From positions 221,154,001 to 221,218,000 of the forward strand of contig OZ024742.1 of the NCBI GenBank assembly GCA_964016885.1: a DNA stretch of 64,000 nucleotides, read 5' to 3'. A program made the translations under genes and the position numbers. Shown one piece after another: positions 26,739 through 37,722 of this stretch. The stretch is from Eledone cirrhosa. Its lineage: Eukaryota. The notes below the pieces were generated by a model. It did no database searches. It was not told the origin of the DNA and saw only the letters and a list, made by a program, of their open reading frames with translations. Numbering within the stretch: position 1 is the first letter of the stretch; each line of letters starts with the position of its first letter.

Positions 26739-27384
26739 ATTTAAATAAAATAATTGTTTCTAATTTTGGCACAAGGCCAGCAATTACTCCAGCAATTATT
26801 GGTGCTTTATTTTATTGCCCCCTTAAGGATGAAAGACAAAGCTAACCTCAGTGACATTTGAGCTCAGAACATAAAGGGCCATAACTCTATGCTGCAAAGC
26901 ATGGTGTCTGACGCTCTACCGATACTGCCAATTCACAATAATAATGAAAATTATTGTGTACAGTGCTCAGGTGCACTACAATTTGTAAGGTTCATAGCAA
27001 TAGTTAATTGTATTAATTATATGTGTTTATATTTTCATTCTGAAAGAATTAATTATGAGCAATTTATAAGTTATTTATGTGAATAAAGTATATTTTATAG
27101 TTGCTTTCCTCATAACTATGTTAATAATATATATTTTTTTATTGAAAATTTGCAGAAGTATGTCTTCTGATGTGTAGATTATGATTATGTTGAAAAATAT
27201 TAATTTAATAAAACAAAAACAAAAAAACAACTTTCATTATTGTTTTGTGGCATTTAGTTACAACTTTCTACATTCTGAATTCAAATCCTGTTGAGGTCAG
27301 CTTTGTCTTTCAACAAAATAAAGTACCAGTTAAGTACTGATGTTTTTTAACATCCTATTCAAACAGAGTCTTTTAACATCCTAT

Positions 27385-28815
27385 TTAAACAGAGTCTCTC
27401 TAAGGGTGAAGTACCACACAGTGGAAATCAGCCACAATCATTCCTATATTTATGAAAGGTAAGAGGGCAGATCCAGCTAACTATAGACCGGTATCTCTGA
27501 CATCTGTTATATCAAAAGTGATGGAAAAGGTAATATCAGAAGACATCATGGAACACTTGAAGAACAATGCCTTAATGTGCCCTGATCAACATGGCTTCGC
27601 CTGTGGGAAATCTACAACGACCAATTTACTTGAAGTACTGGATTTATGGACAGAAGCTCTAAGTCATAATCTGTCGGTTGATGTTATCTTTCTAGGCTAT
27701 GCAAAAGTGTTTGACAAGGTTCCTCATGAACGGCTGCTGAAACAGACAAAAACTTTTGGAATCAAAAACAATATACTGAAATTGATGGGAAATTTCTTTA
27801 CATATGGAAACAACGTGTTTCAGTCAACACCACATTTTCAGAATGGGCGGAAGACAGGAGTGGTGTACGACAGGGTACAGTCCTGAGTCCCCCGCTGTTC
27901 TCGCTTTTTGTCAATGATATCCTAGCATTACTAGAGAGTTCTATCTTGATGTTTGCTGATGATACAAAGATATATCAAGCAATAGCAGATCTACAAGAGG
28001 CTCACTAGACTAACTTGCAAAATGATCTCAACCAGCTTCAATTGTGGTCCAACTGCATACAAATGAAATTCTACCCAGAAAAATGCAAAGTAATGCATGT
28101 TGGCAATCTTGGGCACATGTATACAATGACAAAGGAAGATACTACAACTCACACACTTCTTCAGGTCAAAGAAGAAAAAGACTTGGGAGTTATCATTGAC
28201 CATGGCCTAACATTCAGCAGTCACCTACAAGCACAAGTCAACAAGGCAAATAGAACTCTGGATGCTCTGAAACACACCTTCTTTGTACTGGAAAAACATC
28301 CTTCACACTCCTGTATAAAAGCCTGATACATCCACACCTTGAGTATGCCTCCATTATATGGGCACTCAAGTTAAAGAGAGACAACAACATTATTGAAAAT
28401 GTTCAGCGAAGAGCAACATGCCCCGTCCAGGGGCTCTCTTCACTACCCTACAATGAACGTCTTCAGGCTTTGGGAGTCCTGATGCTAGAGTATAAGGCAG
28501 AGGGCAGACATCATACAAGCTTTTAAAATACTAAATGAGTTCAATAAAGTACAGTACACTAGAAGGTATCCAATCTGCAGCAATGCACTGTTCAGAGTGG
28601 CACTCAGCAGGACTACACAAGGACACAACCTGAAGCTCTAGGTGCAGCACCGACCAAGTCCTAGGAACCACTTCTTTTCTGCACGTGTGATAAATCACTG
28701 GAACAACCTCAAATAAGAAACAGTTGACTCACCCTCAGTCAACATTTTAAAGTCAAAGCTCGAGAAGGAGTGGACCAACCACCTTCACAAGTTTAACTAT
28801 TGCTTCTCGTATTGA
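27385..28815 (+). mobile_element. 5'-truncated, frameshifted CR1-clade LINE reverse transcriptase
   Basis: NYRPVSLTSVISKVMEK, QHGF..GKSTTTNLL, AKVFDKVPHERLL, MFADDTKIY, KCKVMH and EKDLGV, spread over several frames. Confidence 0.93.
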
Positions 28816-28956
28816 TGCCCATCTAAGAGGCATTGATACCAAGTGATGCTTGATACTCAGAAGAGGATCATCTCTACCTTAGTATGAGTCTAATTACCCT
28901 TAACAGGTACCAAATGACCATACTTAAGATATATTACTTAAACATTTTTTTTTTTT

Positions 28957-29597
28957 TTCGCGTGCTACCAACTACTCTGACCTGCAAGATTATCGCACTC
29001 GATTTTATCCCTTGGAAAACGGGTGGGATGCGTCCCTCAACACTTCTTCCCCGGAGTTTTTTTTTTACGTGTGTTATCAATGAATACGACCCCCAAAGCA
29101 ATCGGAAACGCCTAGATTTGTAGAAAAATGAGGGTGAAAGGATGCGAAAAGTTCAGCGGAGTTTTGCATAGCTACACATCTCGCTCGATTTTGGTGGGAA
29201 ATAATTATTTTTACTTGTTTTTTCTGAACCTCTTAGATGCTCGAAATAGACTCTTTTCCGGATTAGGGTTAGTTAGGGTTTCTGTTTTACGCGGAGGAAG
29301 GGGGAGGGGCAATTACGAGCATCTAAGAGGTCAGATTAGTTGATAGCAAAAAAAAAAAAAAGGTAATACAATTATTTCCGACCAAACGTGAGAGGTGTGT
29401 ACATCTGCGAAACTCCGACGGTCTTTTCACCCCCTTTTCACTCCCATTTGTCTACAGATCTGGTTACCGATTGGTTTGGAGGTCATATTCGTCGATAACA
29501 AGCAAAAAAAAAAAAAAAAAAAGAGAAAACTCCGAGGATGTGGGAGGAGCACCAATCCTCCGAGCATCTTAGAAGTTAGATTAGTTGATAGCACACG
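28957..29597. mobile_element. diverged foldback element with a TTAGGG-containing centre
   Basis: About 28957-29210 is a diverged reverse complement of about 29365-29597. An inner IR (29223-29243 and 29316-29335) surrounds GATTAGGGTTAGTTAGGGTT. Confidence 0.65.
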
Positions 29598-29955
29598 ATT
29601 AAAAACAACAACAAACGAGGAAAAAATGTTTTTTGCCACTGAGATCCAGGGAGTGTTTTATAAATTTACAATAATATTAACCAGGGTAATGTTATAGGTT
29701 GTCTATAGGAAGGTAATGACATTTCTACAATTATAAAAATGCGAAAAACCAAAACACGCACGCACGGACCCACACATAGATACATACAATTACATTTAAT
29801 CAACATAATGACAGTTATGAGAAAGTTATGAGGAAATAGAAACGAAAAATAGATATTTAAAGACGAAACTATATTTACGTGTCATTAATATAACGTACAT
29901 ATATATATATATATTGTTATATTTTAAAGAGGGTCATGTTGTTATAATATTGCAA

Positions 29956-29962
29956 TATATAT
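29956..29962 (+). promoter_or_regulatory. TATA-like element at -29 of the type A RNA gene
   Basis: TATATAT begins 29 nt upstream of the predicted +1, the same spacing as in the type B gene. Confidence 0.5.
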
Positions 29963-29984
29963 GTTATTTTCTACATCAATATCT

Positions 29985-30076
29985 GTGTGCGGGCTTAGCC
30001 GTGTGGTTACTTCGATACATAATACTGAAATTATTTCTCCAATCTGCGACCACTGGCGCCATTCCGCGCACTTTTT
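29985..30076 (+). ncRNA. vault RNA-like Pol III gene, type A (copy 1)
   Basis: Sequence GTGTGCGGG-CTTAGCCGTGTGGTTACTTCGA...CGACCACTGGCGCCAT-TCCGCGCAC-TTTTT. The A-box-like TAGCCGTGTGG is followed by TTACTTCG, as in human vtRNA (TTAGCTCAGCGGTTACTTCG...GAGACCCGCGGGCGCT, recalled). There is a 9-bp terminal stem, inner helices GCC/GGC and GTGGTT/GACCAC, a T5 terminator and TATATAT at -29. Confidence 0.8.
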
Positions 30077-30418
30077 GGCCTTGTTTTACATAGTGACTTT
30101 AAAGATTTAACCTTTTTTGTTTGTTTGTATCCCTACATAACATCTAGCTATATTTGAGAGAAATTTGTTTACTATATCGCCAGCTGATGGAGACTCATTA
30201 CATAGTGACTTTTCTCTATGACTCATTAACCTACGTATCAACAAGTCCTGCACATCTAATCGAATTATTTCCCTATTACAAATTTTATGCGTCATTTGAA
30301 AAAAAATTATCTTCTCTCAATATACTTGTTCTTATGAAAAAGAAAAGAAAAGAAAAGTTCTTTTGAATACAATTTGAAATCATTTGTGATACTATAACAT
30401 AATATAACATTTATACAG

Positions 30419-30426
30419 TATATATA
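30419..30426 (+). promoter_or_regulatory. TATA-like element at -29 of the type B RNA gene
   Basis: TATATATA begins 29 nt upstream of the predicted +1 and is retained in all B and C copies. Confidence 0.5.
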
Positions 30427-30447
30427 GTTAATTTGTTAATACCAGTT

Positions 30448-30550
30448 GGGTGTGGGAGCTTAGCCGTGTGGTTACTTCGTTCATACCTAATATCTAAGCA
30501 GATGTTTTCAAACCTAACGACCACTGGCGCTGTCTCGTACATTCTTTTTT
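30448..30550 (+). ncRNA. vault RNA-like Pol III gene, type B (copy 1)
   Basis: Sequence GGGTGTGGGAG-CTTAGCCGTGTGGTTACTTCG...TTTCAAACC (B-box-like)...CGACCACTGGCGCTGT-CTCGTACATTC-T6. The terminal stem differs in sequence from type A but still pairs. TATATATA lies at -29. Confidence 0.8.
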
Positions 30551-32190
30551 GTCCCTTAAGCGCTGTCTCGTACATTCATTTTTGTCCCTTAAGCACCATC
30601 GTCACAAATTATTTTATATTTTATTTTCAGCAACTCACCACTTCAATATTTTCTGTGTATCGATAAGGCGTCAGATAACGATTTGCGGCATAGTTATCTC
30701 CCTTTACGTTTTGAGTTCAAATCCAGACTAGGTTAAGCTTTACCTTTCATCCTTACAGAGTCGATACAATAAAATATCGGTAACTCACTGGCGTCGATTT
30801 AATCGATTTCGCCACAAAATTGTTGGTCTTGTACCTAAATCAGAAACCATTATTATTTTAAAATGAGTTCAAATCAGCCAAGATCAGCTTTGCTTTTCAT
30901 CCTTCCGGGACCAATTAAGTAAAGTACAAGTTATGAACTGGTTTGACATTATCGAACTTCCCCTTCAAATTACAGGCCTTGTGTCTAAACTAGAAGGGGC
31001 GCAGCCCAAACACTGCCCTGCCCTAGTGACTTCATTTTTGCAATTCTACTGTTTGTTTGTGTGTGTCTGTATGTGGTAATGGTGTTCTGCTCTTGATTGT
31101 AAGATCATGAGTTCAATTCCCTGTGATATGTGTCCTTGTACAAAATACTTTATTTCACGCTGCTCCACCTGGCAAAATCAAGTTGTACTTGTCATTCAAA
31201 GAGCCCCATCACACTGAATCTCCCTGAGAGCTATGTTAATAGCACACGTGTCCATGGATTACTCAGCTACTTGCATGTTAATTTCATCTGCAGGCTGTTC
31301 CGTTGGTCGAACAGTTGGAGCACCCATCGTCGGAACCGACAGAGGCCCAACAGCAGCAATAGTGCATGTGTGTGTGTGTGTGTGTAATGCCTGGCTCTTT
31401 ATTGATTTGTTACTTTTGTAAACCATAAACATATGATTTGATACACACCATATGCTTGTAGCTTGAACGTGACAAAACGAAGGGAGCCATCAATATTATA
31501 AAAATAGTCATATTCTTGGGATAAATCCAAATGTGATACCACTAAGTAATTTCATTTGGCCTTGATAGACTAGCTAGCCCTGTGCCACCAAACATGATGG
31601 CTAATTGTAGTATTTTGTTTAATAATTCTTTTATTATAAACTTTTTTGTGTGGATAGACTATCCACAACTAACATAGATAACCAAGATAATATATTTGTG
31701 TGAATATCTATACATTTATGTATATGTATGGTCCTGAGTTGTAGGGATGCCGTATTGATATACTACATTTTTTGAACATTTGAAGCCTACCGGAACCCAT
31801 CCCTCTCCAGGACTGAGTACAGTAGATTTATTCAAGAGCGAGGAAGAATTGACACAAGTACTAGACTGGTACTTCTTTTACCGACCTCAAAAGGATGAAA
31901 CTCGGCGCGATTTGAACTCAGAGAACAGAAAGCCGGAACAAATTCCATAAAGCTTCCTATCCGACGTTCTGATGACTCTGCCAATTCGCTGCTTTTATCT
32001 ATACATTTATATGTATGAGTATAAAATATAAACACACAAACACATATACACTCATACAAATATAGATATATTCACACAAACACATATTCACACGCATACA
32101 TTCACACAAGTGATATAAACACATAAAAAATAACATCATCATCATCATCATCATCGTTTAACATCTATCTTCCACGCTAGCAGAAAGCCG

Positions 32191-33151
32191 GTAATATCAC
32201 TTGAGAGTATTGGGTGCATCTTATTGTGGCACCAGTAATATCACTTTACAGAGTATTGAGAGCATCTTATTGTGGCACCAGTAATATCACTTTACAGAGG
32301 ATTGGATGCATCTTATTGTGGCACCCATAATATCACTTTATAAGAGTATTGCGAGCATTTAATTGTGGCACCAGTAATATCACTTTACAGAGTATTGGGA
32401 GCATCTTATTGTGGCACCAGTAATATCACTTTACAGAGTATTGGGAGCATCTTATTATGGCACCAGTAATATCACTCTACAGAGTATTGGGAGCATCTTA
32501 TTATGGCACCAGTAATATCACTCTACAGAGTATTGGGAGCATCTTATTATGGCACCAGTAATATCACTTTAAGAGAGTATTGGGTGCATCTTATTGTGGC
32601 ACCAGCAATATCACTTTACGAGAGTATTGGGTGCATCCTATTGTGGCACCCATAATATCACTTTACAGAGTATTGGGTGCATCTTATTGTGGCACCCATA
32701 ATATCACTTTACAGAGTATTGGGTGCATCTTATTGTGGTACCAGCAATATCACTTTACAAGAGTATTGGGTGCATCTTATTGTGGCACCCATAATATCAC
32801 TTTACAGAGTATTGGGTGCATCTTATTGTGGCACCAGTAATATCACTTTACAAGAGTATTGGGTGCATCTTATTGTGGCACCCATAATATCACTTTACAA
32901 GAGTATTGGGAGCATCTTATTGTGGCACCAGCAATATCACTTTACAGAGTATTGGGTGCATCTTATTGTGGCACCAGTAATATCACTTTACGAGAGTATT
33001 GGGTGCATCTTATTGTGGCACCAGTAATATCACTTAACGAGTCTATCAGGTGCATCTTATTGTGGCACCAGTAATATCACTTTACGAGAGTATTGGGTGC
33101 ATCTTATTGTGGCACCAGTAATATCACTTTACAAGAGTATTGGGTGCATCT
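32191..33151. repeat. 46-bp satellite array (about 21 copies)
   Basis: Unit GAGTATTGGGTGCATCTTATTGTGGCACCAGTAATATCACTTTACA. Confidence 0.97.
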
Positions 33152-33958
33152 CGCTCGATTTTGCTGGCAAATAATTATCTTTCCTTGTTTTTTCTGAACC
33201 TCTTAGATGCTCGAAATCGACTCTTTTCCGGATTAGGGTTAGTTAGGGTTTCTGTTTTACGCGGAGGAAGGGGGAGGGGCAATTACGAGCATCTTAGAGG
33301 TCAGATTAGTTGATAGCAAAAAAAAAATAAAGAGGTGATACAATTATTTCCGACCAAACGTGAGAGGTGTGTACATCTGCGAAACTCCGACGGTCTTTTC
33401 ACCCCCTTTTCACTCCCATTTGTCTACAGATCTGGTTACCTATTGGTTTGGAGGTCATATTCGTCGATAACAAGCAAAAAAAAAAAAAAAAAAAGAGAAA
33501 ACTCCGAGGATGTGGGAGGAGCACCAATCCTCCGAGCATCTTAGAAGTTAGATTAGTTGATAGCACACGATTAAAAACAACAACAAACGAGGAAAAAATG
33601 TTTTTTGCCACTGAGATCCAGGGAGTGTTTTATAAATTTACAATAATATTAACCAGGGTAATGTTATAGGTTGTCTATAGGAAGGTAATGACATTTCTAC
33701 AATTATAAAAATGCGAAAAACCAAAACACGCACGCACGGACCCACACATAGATACATACAATTACATTTAATCAACATAATGACAGTTATGAGAAAGTTA
33801 TGAGGAAATAGAAACGAAAAATAGATATTTAAAGACGAAACTATATTTACGTGTCATTAATATAACGTACATATATATATATATATATTGTTATATTTTA
33901 AAGAGGGTCATGTTGTTATAATATTGCAATATATATGTTATTTTCTACATCAATATCT

Positions 33959-34050
33959 GTGTGCGGGCTTAGCCGTGTGGTTACTTCGATACATAATACT
34001 GAAATTATTTCTCCAATCTGCGACCACTGGCGCCATTCCGCGCACTTTTT
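33959..34050 (+). ncRNA. vault RNA-like gene, type A (copy 2)
   Basis: Same sequence as 29985-30076, in the second copy of the unit. Confidence 0.8.
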
Positions 34051-34412
34051 GGCCTAGAGATTTTAAAGATTTAACGTTTTTTGTTTGTTTGTATCCCTAC
34101 ATAACATTCTAGCTATATTTGAGAGAAATTTGTTTACTATATCGCCAGCTGATCGAGACTCATTACATAGAGACTTTTCTCTATGACTCACTAACCTACG
34201 TATCAACAAGTCCTGCACATCTAATCGAATTATTTCCCTATTACAAATTTTATGCGTCATTTGAAAAAAAATTATCTTCTCTCAATATACTTGTTCTTAT
34301 GAAAAAGAAAAGAAAAGAAAAGTCCTTTTGAATACAATTTGAAATCATTTGTGATACTATAACATAATATAACATTTATACAGTATATATAGTTAATTTG
34401 TTAATACCAGTT

Positions 34413-34515
34413 GGGTGTGGGAGCTTAGCCGTGTGGTTACTTCGTTCATACCTAATATCTAAGCAGATGTATTCAAGCCCAACGACCACTGGCGCTGTCT
34501 CGTACATTCTTTTTT
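34413..34515 (+). ncRNA. vault RNA-like gene, type B (copy 2)
   Basis: Near-identical to 30448-30550, with substitutions confined to the variable loop (GTATTCAAGCCC). Confidence 0.8.
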
Positions 34516-35146
34516 GTCCCTTAAGCGCTGTCTCGTACATTTATTTTTGTCCCTTAAGCACTATCGTCACAAATTATTTTATTTTCAGCAACTCACCACT
34601 TCAATATTTTCTGTGTATCGATAAAGCGTCGGATAACGATTTGCGGCATAGTTATCTCCCTTTACGTTTTGAGTTCAAATCCAGTCTAGGTTAAGCTTTA
34701 CCTTTCATCCTTACAGAGTCGATAAAATAAAATATCGGTAACTCACTGGCGTCGATTTAATCGATTTCCCCACAAAATTGTTGGTCTTGTAAAGTATAGT
34801 TAACATGTCTATGTATAATTGATAAAAGAAAAAATATATAACAAAACAATGGACTAAGGGAGATAATTAGGAAGGTTTAGTCTCTTGTCAAATTATGGGA
34901 GTGAAGTTATAAATACGAAATTGATGCGCCTTGATCTTAATTTTTATTCGAATTTATTTACCTTTATCTACCTGTCTATGTCAGGGCTTCCTAAAGTGAT
35001 TTGATATCAGCCTCCAAAACAGAGATCGATAAGCTTACCCAGGGAATCAATTGAACTTATTGGCAAAAACCTGACATTTCTATCAGAAATAAAAATATAT
35101 AAAATAATATAAAATCTAACTTATATAGGTTTCTGATTTATATATA

Positions 35147-35348
35147 ACTAGATGAGGACGACGTCTTCTCCCACTTTCTGTCACCCCCACACACCCACTC
35201 ACTCATTCTGTTTCTCTAAACCTGACATTCCCTTCTCTCTCTCCATGTACATATCTCCTCCTTTCTCTCTCTATATATAGACGAGGATGACGTAACTTTC
35301 TGTCTATCTACCTCTTTCAGTCATCTTGAAAACACACGGCTTCCCTTT

Positions 35349-35381
<33 letters not shown>

Positions 35382-35469
35382 CTCGTTTGGCGTTTCCACT
35401 CTCTATATAAAGTGAACTTGATGGAGGGACGGACGGACATACATACATCGCTCTTATTATAATATAGAT
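35147..35469 (-). mobile_element. short non-autonomous Helitron-like element
   Basis: Minus strand begins TCTATATTATAATAAGAGCGATGTATGTATGTCCGTCC and ends GACGTCGTCCTCATCTAG-T. Confidence 0.5.
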
Positions 35470-35764
35470 TAGTCTTTATTTTCTGTTTACCGATTTATTT
35501 ACTGACTTATACATTTTTGTACATGGGTGCGGGTCGATGAGGGGAATCAAGGATTCTATGAATGGGTCTATAAAGTTTCGAGATTCTTGCGTTATGTCTA
35601 CCTGCTAATTTTCCATCTATCTTTATTGTTACCTACCTGCAATTTTGTTGTCTCAATTTCTCTCTGGTCTATCTCACTGTCAGTATGTCTGCTTGTCTAT
35701 CTCACAGTCTGCCTATATATCTCATTGCCTGCCTGACTGTCGTCTGTCTACTTTATTCTTCTTC

Positions 35765-36030
35765 ACCCACTTATTCCTGAGAGGGTTGTGGGGGCAGAGA
35801 CCTCAAACAATCCTTCCAGCGGATCCTATCAGAAGCAACCATCTCCAACTGATCCAATTGGATCCCCAAGCGAGACCAGCCAAGCTCATGGGTGTTATCC
35901 AACCATGTTGCTCTGGGTCTCCTGCTGGTTGGTTTTGCCCGTAAAATATGTTGCACAATTCTTTCCTTAGACATTCTAACCATATGCCCATAGTATTAGG
36001 CATAATGTCTACGTGACTATCCACATTTTA
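35765..36030 (-). mobile_element. RTE-like LINE 3' fragment
   Basis: VRMSKERIVQHIL......RRPRATWLD...............ASDRIRW resembles the RTE C-terminal motif (GRP...W.D...A.DR..W). Confidence 0.65.
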
Positions 36031-37002
36031 GGTGTCTGTCTGACTAGTCATCTATCAATATAAGTTTCTCTCTGTCCCACTGTGATTATGAAGGATAATC
36101 TAAAGGTGCACAGCTCTACTGTCTACTTCTCTATCTACCTATCTGTCTGTCTACCAGTTTGATGACGTCATAGCATGGGACTGCCTAGACATGGTCATAT
36201 CCCAAATGCTCCCTGGTTGGGTTACCTACAGTAAGCTTGAGGAATTTCAGGGAGCAACTGGTAAGGAAATCAATTTAAGGTAACATTTAAAATTAAGTGA
36301 GTAAACAAAGGGTAAATTGATTAAAAATTACACAAATGGTAAGCAAATTTCATCAAAGGATGGAGTGGGAAACCCAAATTGACAAAATTTCTTCTATACT
36401 GGTGGTAGTCTCCGAAATCATAAGGTGAATTTGGTATTGAATGTCTTCCTTTTGAAGTTTAGATAAATGTTTGGTTCTAGTGGGCTTTCAAAATGAGCTG
36501 GCTGTTTGTTAGAGTTCATATTTGCTGGCATGATATATCCTGTACACTCTGTAAGTGGCTGATGTTAGGAAAGGCATCCAACCATAGAAACCATGCCAAA
36601 TGTGGAACATATGAACAGGATGAGTTCTCACCAACCAATCTAGTCTTGGTTTGCATAGATTGTCGCAGTCCATGTCATATGGAAGGTGAACATAAATGAT
36701 AATGGCGATGAATGATTATATACAGCCACATGATGTATATTGGATTTTAAGTCTGCTTCCTGTACTGGCATGGGTTGAATGGATCATAAAAGTTGAAGTC
36801 AGCTTTGTGTATTCTGAAGTCCTGCCTCCTGGCAGTGGAAAAATGGCGAAATAAGGCTGAATAGTCACGGATAGTCAACTCTTGTTCAAAGATACTGCTC
36901 TCCTAGATATGTTTGAAGGGGGAGAGGGAACCAAGCCACACTTGTATGTTGCATTTTTGGAATGGGATCTACAGTTGGATGCCCTTTTAAATGCTAACCA
37001 CC

Positions 37003-37722
37003 TTACACAGAATACAGGGTGCATCTTATTGTGCAACCAGCAATATCACTTTTTGAGACTATTGGGAGCATCTTATTGTGGATCCAGTAATATTACTTTA
37101 CAGAGTATTAGGTGCATCTTATTGTGGCACCAGTAATATCACTTTACAGATTATTGGGTGCATTTTATTGTGGCACCAGTAATACCACTTTACGAAAGTA
37201 TTGGGTGCATCTTATTGTGGCACCAGTAATATCACTTTACAGAGTATTGGGTGCATCTTATTGTGGCACCAGTAATATCACTTTACAGAGTATTGCGTTC
37301 ATCTTATTGTGGCACCAGTAATATCACTTTACAAGAGTATTGGGTGCATCTTATTGTGGCACCAGTAATATCACTTTACAGAGTATTGGGTGCATCTTAT
37401 TGTGGCACCAGCAATATCACTTTACGAGAGTATTGAGTGCATCTTATTGTGGCACCCATAATATCACTTTACAGAGTATTGCGTTCATCTTATTGTGGTA
37501 CCAGCAATATCACTTTACGAGAGTATTGTGTGCATCTTAATGTGGCACCAGTAATATCACTTTACAGAGTATTGGGTGCATCTTATTGTGGCACCAGCAA
37601 TATCACTTTACAGAGTATTGTGTGCATCTTATTGTGGCACCCATAATATCACTTTACAGAGTATTGCGTTCATCTTATTGTGACACCAGCAATATCACTT
37701 TACGAGAGTATTGGGTGCATCT
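37003..37722. repeat. 46-bp satellite array (about 15 copies) growing out of a SINE body
   Basis: Preceded by TTGGATGCCCTTTTAAATGCTAACCACCTTACA, and the first monomers are the most diverged. Confidence 0.95.

Larger units (their letters stand above)
29177..33146 (+). repeat. amplified unit copy 1 (foldback part, vtRNA-like A and B, SINEs, 46-bp array)
   Basis: The sequence from CATCTCGCTCGATTTTG recurs at 33147, 37718, 56159 and 60328. Confidence 0.92.
33147..34790 (+). repeat. amplified unit copy 2 (3'-truncated)
   Basis: Matches 29177 to about 30831 at an offset of about 3970, and homology stops after TTGGTCTTGT. Confidence 0.9.

Noticed and set aside
29261-29281. Telomere or interstitial telomeric array
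   Set aside because: Only two TTAGGG units, inside an inverted-repeat element.
29395-29697. 100-aa ORF identical in two copies, and other ORFs repeated in the units
   Set aside because: The identity reflects recent duplication. The ORF crosses a poly-A run and shows no protein features.
29985-30550. tRNA, Y RNA or SINE-head interpretation of the cassettes
   Set aside because: There is no cloverleaf or canonical GTTCRA T-loop, no Ro60-binding Y stem motif and no SINE body or tail. The GGTTACTTCG panhandle fits vault RNA better.
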